A stretch of 64,000 nucleotides of DNA from Amoeboaphelidium protococcarum X5 (lineage: Eukaryota; Fungi; Aphelidiomycota): contig JALDTO010000266.1 in NCBI GenBank assembly GCA_023515725.1, positions 1,093,580 to 1,157,579 on the forward strand. The letters run 5' to 3'. Every line of letters starts with the position of its first letter. The stretch's first letter is position 1. Positions 53,180-64,000 of this stretch are shown piece after piece. The position numbers and the translations under genes are program-made. The notes beneath the pieces were generated by a model. That model worked only from the letters and a program-made list of their open reading frames with translations, made no database searches and was not told the origin of the DNA.

Positions 53180-55303
53180 TCAGAATGGCGCGGGTTACTC
53201 TGCTGTAGGCTGGCCATAGCTCTAATCTAACTGAGTGTCCATCAAATTAGATTTGAAACTCAATAGAGGAGGATAATGCGCTTAAATTTAAAGTTGATTT
53301 GATCGAATCAATTACTGGAATTAATCAGCTTAGATACTGCTGGCACATGTCTGGAAATTTGGACACAGCTTGATAAGTCTAGATAAATCGCTAATACGAA
53401 ATAGCTATCCAACAGAGCCATGTTCTACTTCATCAGCATCTAACTAAGTAAATAGTCTTTCCTCTCTAAACACTTCATCAATCAAGTCCAGTGAGAACCA
53501 ATCATCGCAATAGATGTAATGCAATTGTAGCCAGTAGTATAAACGTATGAGAAAGTGCTTTGAGACTTGGACTCTTTAATTGACTTCTAAGAAGAAGTGG
53601 TGGCTTTTTTAGAATGATTGCGCAACGAATTCAAGTAGCGACAGAGAGTCTGTAGATTCTACCTCAGGGATTATTATGAACATTTGCTCGATCTCCTTAA
53701 TAAACTTTTGTCGCAGATGACCAGACACATTATATTTTCGTGCGGTATTGTTCAAAGAGTAGCTCCAAATTACAATCTTTACATGTGGGATAAAATCTTC
53801 AGGAACGGACGATACCAATAGAGACAGGTGAGAACTTAGAGCAGATAAATCATCAGAACCACAAACCTAATATCCAATCACTAATGAAGCATTTTAGATC
53901 AAAGTTGAAGCAAGCTGATACGCTAGAGTCTCCCGAGAGCCATCATAAACCACTGGTTCCAACCGCTATTTCAAATAATCGGCGGAATCCCTGAAAGATT
54001 ATGACTGAATATTCTAATTCTTCTTTTTCAGACTGGAAACCTTACCGACATGTTAGAATATAGAAGGATTATGCGCATACAATTTGTAATAACCACTTCC
54101 AAATGTCTATTACTTCATCCGAATGAAATCCTTAACGAGCCAATCCACGGGAGATTAAGAGAATCGCGTCTATAAATACTTGATCAACTCTGGCAAATCC
54201 TCTGCACGCATCAACTATCCAATGAATCCATAAAATGATTAGAAATTATACTCTGAACGGTCAGACATTGTGTTCTCTGAATAGAACGTGAGTATGAACC
54301 AGTCATTGCGCTAATAGAAATAATGCTGCAACCACCACGCCATCTCAGTCAGATAATGATTAGAACACTGGATGTCGTCTTCCATTTAGATGTAAAATTC
54401 AGCCTTGGTCAATGCAAGAGACTATTCCATGAGATACGCAAAGTCTAATACTTACTTGGATCTCCACCTGACGCGATCAGTCTCATCGTTCCAGTTGAGT
54501 AACATTGGCCGCTGTAATTAATTGTATATACCAGGTAATTCCAGAAGGATAAGTTGTCCACTGCTGACTTCTTCACTGAACATTGTTTTTAAGGACTAGA
54601 AGGAGTGGTGATCACTACTAGGAACATTGCAATTGAGAACTACAATTTTGAGGTGACGTCTCAGAGAGGGAGCTACTTTACTGAACATGCCTTAGAGAGT
54701 TGTGGCGATATAGTCAGTAGATCTTTGCACAGTTGGAAATCCAAACACCAACGGATGATCTTAAAGAAATGCGTCAGCCAATTTAATTTTCATTTCCATT
54801 GGATATGGAAGAGACGCTTATACAGAATCATGAAGCTTAGGCCATAGAGGCACTTCTTTATCATTTTGTAAGGATGGATTAGGTGGAATAACATCTAAGA
54901 ACGGTAATGCCTTGACCTTCTATAAATATTACAAATCTATTTTATACTAGGGTGGTGTAACTTATCGCCGATTATCCAAAATATGTCTTTAAATCTATCC
55001 AACATCTAATGCCGCAACATCTTAATCAAGCACAATGTATTCCAAAGCATCATCAACGGGGGAACTCACAACAGCACTTTAATTGGCTTCCAAACTCATT
55101 ATTCGAAGACTTGTTAGTTCATTCATTTCTGATTGCCTAAAGTACTTGTATATCTGTTCTTAATAATTGAAAACTGCAATTGATAGAACCACATGGAAAG
55201 CGAATATTAATAATGCCATAGTAAGAATGATTACCACTCGTTACTCTAATCTTGTCCACCGCATGGTGACTTTTGGCCTTGGAGAGGTCACTAGATGTTC
55301 CAT
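53180..55303 (-). CDS. MGAT4: GT54 N-acetylglucosaminyltransferase IV-like (MGAT4), type II membrane protein
   Basis: N-terminal TM; GFPTVQR, RVRWRSKQVLDFAYLM, YIQMEDD, PVDWL, IFQHVGKVSSL. Confidence 0.85.
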
Positions 55304-56166
55304 AAATAATGAGTAATTAAATTTAAGTATGTTATTACTTATGATTTCTATGACAGCTAAACTTAAAAATCAATCGCATGCTTAGCTTTATCTTAATTTA
55401 CGAGGATACAGGCGCTTGATATCACCATGGCAACGGACGCGGCTAGAAACAATTGAAGACGTACGGAATCGAAACGGCACATAAGTATATCAATGCAATT
55501 AAAAGAACGAAGTAGTCTACCATATACAAATGGTTCACAATATGGAGTGTCCTCAAGCTCACCTTACGGCATCTGCTCGGCGCACTTACGAGAATGGATG
55601 CAAAATCGCTCTCTTGCTGGACACTATAGTCAGTTCAGTAAGCCTTGATCCACACTTCATGGATGACACTCCTAGAATCACGCTACAAATCGCTGTTTAG
55701 CTACTTATGTATCATCCACCGCATGGTCACGGCAGCCATCATACTTTGTAGGCGCTAGCGGTTGCAGCACAGAGCCATATCCGACACATAACACTGGAGC
55801 AATAGCAGCGGTCACCACCCCAGTAGTCATTTTAGATGCAATGGCTTGATAAATCCAGATAATACAGGAGAAGAAGTGCATCAACCGTCAAGCATCGCAA
55901 TTTAATCGAAAAATCAAAGTAAAAAGTAATTTAGACTTAGTACGAGTATATTTCAATAATTCTTATTTACATACGCATAAGCACGGTTCTCAACTTGACC
56001 AATGACATTTCACCAATAGTCATCTGTAGTCTTTGATCTATTCACGATACTTTTTAAATGCGTCGTTCCTGAAACTGATTATAGACTTCACAGATTTGGC
56101 ATTTTTCATCTTTTTAAACCACTATGCTGCAAAACATTCAAGTCAATCTAGAAGTATGATGGCACA

Positions 56167-56990
56167 TCAGATGACGTAGGGAACATGCCAAATTTCTATA
56201 ATCGATTGTTCATTATGGCAGCGAACTGCAATATCTTGAGAAGATCTAACTCTGGAAAATGCAACATATAACTATCCATGTGCAAATACCCATTGCTATA
56301 GGTAGATACCACACTTTGCTAAAGTTTAACCTTGAGCCTTATTGATAGTGGCTGCAAAGGCTAGCCAGATTGGAATTGGTGACGGACAAACTCAACATTC
56401 TCAAACTCAGATCCAACTATACCTATTTTTGGTATGCTCACTGTGTCGTCCTTTCGAGAACCATTGATTATTTAACATTTGATAGAATTTCTATTCAAAG
56501 TTAAAACTTTTAGCATAGTACCATTCACCAGCCCGGCATCTATGTTTAAGTTGCGTATCAACATAACTGTTACGCCAACTTTCAAAATAAATTTAGCTTG
56601 AGGAATTCCAGAGTAGTCAAGAGCTTCTGGATCAATATTCAGCGGGTAATTGCCAATTAACGAGTCAACCGGTACAGTAATCACAAACTAACTAAATCCA
56701 GTTGCATCATCAATCAATATAAATGTAGCATTTAGTTCACTTCTTGATATAATACTAATCTGCACGACTGTCAGCTAAATATCTTATGATTTATACCACA
56801 ACGTTCTTCAGATTCAAACACCAGAACATTCATCATCTACTAGCAGATGATTACTGTATCTTCTAATAAGTGGACACCATGAATTCCATCAATTGCTTTC
56901 CGAGCAAGTGTTTTTAAATAGACAAAAACATGATTTCAGTAAGATGCAATCGTATTGCTGACTCCAACATTCACTAGTACGTCACTGGTG
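56167..56990 (-). mobile_element. Decayed Helitron/Pif1 helicase C-terminal fragment
   Basis: LKVGVTVMLIRNL...GLVNGT, then RHQF with a 1-nt frameshift, then IWLAFAATINKAQGQTL and FAHGQLYVAFSRV; upstream part degraded. Confidence 0.85.
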
Positions 56991-57286
56991 TAAGATGGGG
57001 ATTAATTCAGACCACTTATTCCAGCAGCTGAACACTTAATACGCATCTAAATATGAAGTGAATAAAACCAGGAATAAATTTTGTTTCACTCTCTCGTTTC
57101 CAAGAAGAAAGAAGAAAAGGAGAACGAACGAGGAGCGCGCTTGTCGTTGTTTCAACTTGGTCTTTTATAAAAGTTTTAAGATGATCTAGTCCTGCATGTT
57201 GTGTGTATTTAGCTATTATTTGGTTGAAACAATTAATTTATCTTTTATTGTGGTGGTGGAAATAAAACAATAAGTCTTTGATAACT

Positions 57287-59518
57287 ATGGCTCCTCAGCA
57301 GAATTGGTTTCGTTTCTAATCTTTTAATGGCTGTGGACTGATTTGTATTAGTGCTGTCGTTTCAATCCTCTTATTGGCGTTGTATCACTCTTACACGTAT
57401 TCTTTAACTGTATCAAGTCTGTAATCAGGATCTCAAAATTTAGCTAGGCCTTTGTATGAGACTTTGCCACTTGAACGGTTGATTTCCCTTGTCATACCTC
57501 ATGAAGTTTTAGATCGGAAGTCTAGTGTTATGGAGGCTGATGGTCATGAAGTGTAAGTATGCCTAGAGTAAAAACTTCAATTTTTAGAATGTTATCCATT
57601 GTCACAAATAGCTGCTCATCTGTCGTTATATACTGGACCAGTACGTTCCATATTAAAAGTGCCTTAGAATTTATCGGTTTTGATTAAATCTCCATCGCAC
57701 CATAGATTGTACAGTGGCGGCTCTTTTCCTCTTTTAATAGATGCTGAGTTGATCTAGCTAATATCTGTCCAAGATTCTTCTAGCTTATAAAGTGATTTGA
57801 AAAACTCTTCTAATATTTAATGTACACGATTGTGCTCGCAGTCACAATGCTAATGCGTTTAATCAGCAGGATGGTTGATGAATATGAAATCGGAATCTAA
57901 ATCATTACAACTGGACGATGGTAATATGATGGCAATAGTTGTTGAAATGGATGGCAACGTTCACTCTGTACTTAATGATGGGAGTGTAGATATTGCAACA
58001 CATTCTGCCTAAAGTCGGTAAATTCTTCTACTCTACTTTGATGACGTTCTATAGTATTTACGGTATTCATAACATGATCGGTAGTCAGCTCAACAGTAAT
58101 AAAGGATTTGGAATCTTGATGTGCATTAATTTTTAAAGGTCGACTACGACGTACAAGTGCTTAGTCAAGGAGGTGCGTTATTAGACGACGTTCAAGTCAC
58201 TTTGGCCACTTAGCTCACTGTTAATAGATTAGAAAGACTGGTCCGTGTTATTGAATTATGGGGCCACTATCCAGTCTCAGCTGTAATATTTATCAATAGT
58301 AAGAGGGAACTCTTCCATACCATGGCATATTTGAATCACAATGCTGAGCTCTTTAAATTGAGTGTAATTACAGTTGTCAAATGTATTCCTTGTATGAATT
58401 CGTATCCCATTAACCTGCTTAGAAATATTGCCATCTCTCAGGCATAGACTGATTATTGTCTCACTATGGATGTGGATCTCATGCCTTCAACAGATTTATC
58501 CATAATTGCTAATAAAAAGATTCTACCTCGTATGCTTGTCTCTAAATTATCTGCCGGCTAGAATATCGCCGTGGTGGTACCAATTGTCAGTCTCTCAGCG
58601 TCTTATGATCATTCCAATACTTTGCCACTCAGTATGAAGTCTGTCTAATACTTGCGTAGTCGTCATAAATGCGTTATATAAGAGTTTGAACACAGTGGAC
58701 ATTCAAACAGTCGTTTATCTGAAATCATGGGCCATATATGGACAATATTTAGTAATACCTATCGATGTCAATAATCGAAAATGGATAACACCGTTCGACT
58801 ATCGGAAAGAGATAATGTCATTATAGAGTCTTTAAATCAGGCAGATTGTCATGATTGTTACGAAGAAGATTACAATTAATTGGATAGTAGAGGATTTGTT
58901 TGGACCGTGGTACCGTCTGTGGGTGAAGATTCTCTGTTGTTCACTCCCACATGTTTTGAAAATTAGTGGGAGCCTTATATGATTGTTCCCAAGTATGCTG
59001 ATATGTCTTTCGATGATGATCAGGCAGATGCGATGATGGATAAAGTGACTTTGTACTGGCAGGGGATGGTTGATTAGTTGGACGAGCATTCTCGACGACT
59101 AATCCATTTATCTGCATTGCAAAAGAGTCTCTTGTAATCTATTGATCCCCATAATATTTAGAAGAGTCGGCGTATTCCTCTGCTGTATGATATGAGAATC
59201 GCCAATCAAGGCGGTGATAAGCAATTGTTCACATTGTATTTGAATGCTTTGCAATTTCACTTTTACGTCGCCAAGTCTGTGGTGATGGTGCATCTAGATC
59301 ACTCCAATATTAATAATGGAACATCCTCATGGTGGTCTCGGTCCGACACATCTGAATAAAAGGGCACTACAACCGCAAATTCACGTAAACTGTCATATTT
59401 TGATGATCTGGTACCCGAAATGCTGAAAGTCTTTGGCAATCAAGTAAGAATGCCTGCCAAGTGCTCAAATCTGAATCAAGCATCATCTCGCATGGTGATA
59501 CAAGGTGATGCTATTTGA
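57287..59518 (+). CDS. GT49 glycosyltransferase (LARGE/B4GAT1-like), type II membrane protein
   Basis: N-terminal TM; VTLATQLTVNRL, YPINLLRNIA, DVD motif, WEPYMIV, YDMR, VHLDH. Confidence 0.85.
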
Positions 59519-59579
59519 CTTTTTATTGCAATAGAAATAATAAAAAATGTGAATTATTAATGAAATATTAAACAACTAT

Positions 59580-61526
59580 TCATAGAGCATCAAAATTGAG
59601 TAAATGCATCTCTCTACGCCGTTCTTCCATGTCCATCTTCTACTCATTCTTCTTCAGTAGATAAACGGCAAGCAAAAGACCACTGGATACAGACAGAAGC
59701 ACAATAGATATCCAAAATATATAATGCGATGGACTAACAATCAGCTGGATGATCCATACGGTACTTATAGCAGAAGCGTTCGCCTGTGATGGTGGATGTA
59801 CAAGCACTTACGAGTTGGGAATCAGTCCAGAGAACTGGAATGAGTCTGCCTCTGACTACACTACATTACATTCAAATTATTCGATATAATTGTTCGTCCT
59901 ACCAAGACCGTATACTGGAGGCATCGGAGGAGACCGCAAGTAATGCCGTCCAGTACCAGTGATTACGCGCCAGTGTCCATCAATATCATAGACGGTGAAC
60001 TTGAACGCAGATCCCATGTAATACGACGATTTAGACTGCTAAACCATTGGATAGAGTTAGAGCGCGTTATCGTCTTATTCTTTACCCTTATCATCATCAT
60101 CATCATTAGATTTGCAATCTTTAAAGCATACACCATTAGTTATGAAAACTTTAAGAAAGTAGGAATCAAATTCCATCCGGTTAACAAACACATCCAACTT
60201 TTAGCCATTCAACATCACAAAATCGACCAAACCATTACTTCCTATATCAATCGGTACTATTTGACGTACATTTGTGACTTTCTGCTGCATCCTCTATACT
60301 CCATCGGTCATGAGAGAGAATGTGCGGCCACCTTCAAGACAAATTACACCATTATGATCACTATTACTATCACACGGCCGATTTACCAATATCCTAAAGC
60401 TTTACTAGTTTCCGATGCGCACTTGTATAACAATATCCATATAACCATCAAGATTAACATCAACGAACTGCAAGTCTCGCAAATGCTCACCATCATCAAT
60501 CAAGTGAGCATCTTTTAATCCTTCAATATTCTTCAAAGATATCCGTGAAGGCTTCAAAAAGTCAAATTTTAAATTCTATTTATTACAAAGACCAGCACCA
60601 CCTCCTCTAGTTGCAACATTGACAGACTGCGAAGCTTATAAAGATGGCAATTATGACGATTAAGACTGCTCTATAGTAGCCAATATAACATCGATAAAAC
60701 ATTCATCACCACGACACCATGTATATACAATATCATTCAATGAATCGCCGTTCAGATCCATAAACTACAAAAGGCTCCTTTAATTACTAGCACTGTTAGT
60801 AACTTCTTATAACAATTGATAGGATTAGGAGAATTAGTACTACTACAATGACTAATCCCACTCATACACCTAGTATCCATCCTTACACTCCATAAGAAGT
60901 TCAGAGATACAGTCGCCATTTAAATCAATTACCGCTGATGAATGTTCATCTGCAACATGCTCACACTTGGCACCACCATCACCGAGGGATATAATGCGTT
61001 ACTACACCTAACCACCCCGATTCATTGTATACAGAGTCTAATCATACAGCAAACCAACCTGCTCCTTCTATCCAAACCAATTAACAGCCAGCGGAAATTT
61101 CTAATTAATAACAGCACTATCGCTGGATAAATTCTAGAGTTCAGACCACCTATTATCATCAGTACTAACTTGATTTAGCGCAAATTTGACAGTATATTTG
61201 GATTAAGACTGTTGAGGATTAGAGAACGTAATGATAATATCCAATCTTCCATCGTAATTCAAATCAATCAGTGCTGCATGAACAATCTTTAATTACTAGT
61301 TCTAATTCTACTACGATTATAAAGTAGCATTTCCTATAGAATATTCTTAAGCGTAATCAAATCTAGCTAGATTGACATTATAAATCAATGCAATAAGAGA
61401 ATTCTACTTTGTCAGTACCAACATGTCTGCATAAGAGTCTCCATTAATATCTCCCACATCACACACTTATTCAATCTCTAAATCGCTCACATTCTACGGA
61501 ATAATATTAATCTACTTGAAAGACAT
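59580..61526 (-). CDS. ITFG1: ITFG1/LINKIN (T-cell immunomodulatory protein homolog); alternative start 61649
   Basis: FG-GAP repeats (GDINGDSYAD, DLNGDCIS, GDYNSDG), YGLGRTNNYID, IPNS, TM and tail ERRREMHLLNFDAL. Confidence 0.88.
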
Positions 61527-61754
61527 TTTATCTCTCAATTAATATAGTATTGATGACTGATAAATAGAATAAATACTTTATGCTTCTTACACACCAAATT
61601 ACAGACGATTTTTTGAGGAGAATAAATTGATTTCGCGCGACCTGTTCATGAAGAAGTTTATTAGTAGAATCACTAACGACTACAATATAATCTTAAGAGA
61701 GAAAAGATATCAAGAAAGAATAATTCATAAAATTCATCTTTAAATCGAGTAAAT

Positions 61755-63191
61755 TCATTATTTGTTGTAATGCTAATCTTGTGAGGACGAGCTTCGCGGC
61801 TATGATGGTCTCATTATAAAGTACACAAAGTTGATCAATCCTCTCAAGGCGAACAGACCAAATGCTACACATCTCATACTGACATACAACTGCTGATTAG
61901 AAGCGAACCATCCCAAGTATGTCTATCCATACAGTAGAGTGCATGGAATAAGATACGACGCGCCAAACGTAAAGATGTATATTGCCAGTCGCTTATAGAA
62001 TCGAGTAATTAATCCACATGGTTACTATGAAGAAGTTCCAACAGAGGTGGCACTTTAATTGGAATTCATCGATACATTGGAAATGGATGACCATATAGAC
62101 ATTGTATGCAGTGGCGGTCGCAAGAACTCATACCATGACCCTCTATGACTGCCAATCTTTTATCTACCATCATCATGGTAGTTGACACTTAGGTGCGAGT
62201 CATTTCTCATGTAAGTGGACGGATGACGGCTATTAGTGTAACTATTAAAGGTGCCACCATGCTCTCGCTCTACTCCCTGCTATAGTTCTAAATCATCAGA
62301 AATTTGCTATTATTACTACGACGCAGTACCATTATTAAGATACACGGATCCACCACCAGTTTGTGATAATGATCCGCGTCTGACAGGTGGCGGTCGGTAT
62401 TGATGAGGCACAGCAGTGGCGGCTTTGATCGATCTAGCGCGTTCATAGACTTTAACTCCACACACAATATAAAGTATGAGAGTGGCAGCAAATATCAGCA
62501 GAATAGGAGCATAGAATACACCCACCTGAATCCATCGGAAATCATTTCTAATCCAGCATATTGGATCTACATAACCATAAATGAATCCGCCACCTCTAAT
62601 CCCATCACCACCACTTCCATCCACATTAATGAACAATAAGATAAACGCCATCAGGAAGCTAACACCAAACGATATAAAGTAGTAAAACTTTTCATACTTT
62701 GTTGTGGACACTTGTGATTTTTGGGCGTACAAGATGATCATCAGCGAGATGGCTTGAGATGACGCCCACATTGCAGACGCGATCGAACCAAACTGGAATA
62801 GCAGTGCCTGTAAAAGACACAGCGACATTCTGTACTATTCCGGGAGAAATGGCATGAATGACAAAAATATAAACGCCAGAGCCATTACAAGATCAGCGAT
62901 GGCCATGAACGATATTAGACGATTAGCGTCCAGCTTGTAGAATGTCTTCTTGAACAGAAAATTTCCCAATACCACCAGAGTGCATATAAGCGACAGTCCA
63001 CCGCATGAAATCAGAATATACCGCACAATCACCGTGCTCCATAAATACAAATCTCCATCCCCGTCTGTATTTGACGCGTCCACAGCAGGTCCACTGTAAT
63101 TCCTATTAAAGATCATTGACTGGTTCAAGTATGGATACTCTGTCGACAGCAGACTGTCATTCCGGAGACTAATTCCAAAAAATGACGCCAT
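61755..63191 (-). CDS. cAMP-receptor-like (class E/Git3-like) GPCR
   Basis: 7 TM pattern; NRLISFMAIADL, LCLLQALLFQF, CWI, FYAPILL, long third intracellular loop, LRGLINFVYF. Confidence 0.85.
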
Positions 63192-63549
63192 ATACTATAA
63201 TTCTTACTATGAATATACTATTGATAATAACAGCGATCCCCCTATATTAAAAAATAATAATATGCCAACACTTGACAAGAGAGAATTTAGTTCAATGCGG
63301 GCGACGCTACTTTAAATGAAAGCGATTTCCTGATTTGGTAAAAGCGCGTGGCGTGACCAGGAGAACCACCTACGTCTGATGATTTAGATGGCATCACAAT
63401 CCTGGTTTAGCGGGTGCTCATATTCAAATAGAGTCTAGAGTAAAATTATTTTCTTTTTAAGAGAGGGTAATTGGCGATAGATGTATAAATTGTACATTGT
63501 TCATATTCTCTCACACTAACAAAATACAGTACATGATCACTAAAAGTAT

Positions 63550-64000
63550 TCATTCTTCCATTCTGTTGAACAAAGCATTGGAATTGGAAGGCAGAGAGTG
63601 AGATTCAGATTCACCATTTTCCTATAGCTTTTAGTCTCTAACATTTTACTAACTAGATGCAGATGTCTGAGTACTTCCCGGAAACAAATACTCAGCAGTA
63701 CGTACAGACTGCTAGAATACATCCATCGTGGAGCGAAGCATATGATTAGTCTCATTGGCCAGAGTTAAGACTTTAGTGGCTTCAACTTCAGCAGGATTGC
63801 CACTACATTGAACAGGTGGGTAGCCCGACTGAGGCGCACCATTGATGTGAGCCTAAGCAAAAAGTGATTATTGCTACAAAGATTCTGGATGTGGATGAGC
63901 AGTGCCCATAATAGCATTCCATCTAGTGGGTAGAGATAGAATGAATCCACGCACCGTGTTTCTAGCCTCTAGAGACAGTACGCTACCCGCATACTTGCCA
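63550..64000 (-). CDS. OPI1: Opi1-family transcriptional regulator, C-terminal part (5' end lies outside the window)
   Basis: GKYAGSVLSLEARNTVRGFILSLPTRW and KVLTLANETNHMLRSTMDVF match recalled fungal Opi1 motifs. Confidence 0.75.

Noticed and set aside
55430-56040. Open frame on + strand starting at ATG 55530
   Set aside because: No recognisable motif; frames of this length arise by chance with one stop codon; the region is probably transposon debris.

Overview
This is gene-dense eukaryotic DNA with a fungal/holomycotan gene set, short intergenic spacers and few short introns (about 50-100 nt). The supplied ORF track is fragmented because it assumes the standard code. Here TAA and TAG are sense codons (Gln) and TGA is the only stop (translation table 6). 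Re-read that way, the fragments join into full-length genes that all end in TGA. This code together with this gene content fits the aphelid Amoeboaphelidium protococcarum, which is an inference I could not verify. The window holds an intact tyrosine-recombinase (Crypton-like) element and about 30 cellular genes: NTP-transferase, Nudix, NEM1, PIB1, WASP, VPS51, ceramidase, COG8, DUF2985, SET9, PUF6, TLDc, STE11, Rab11, BET3, UBP14, PGS1, PLK4, MOG1, MGAT4, GT49, ITFG1, a CAR-like GPCR and partial OPI1. It also holds a duplicated pair of secreted-protein genes including a two-domain Cys-rich family, a 12-unit 175-bp palindromic array next to an orphan gene, and a decayed Helitron helicase. All translations and family calls were made by eye from motifs; no database searches were run.
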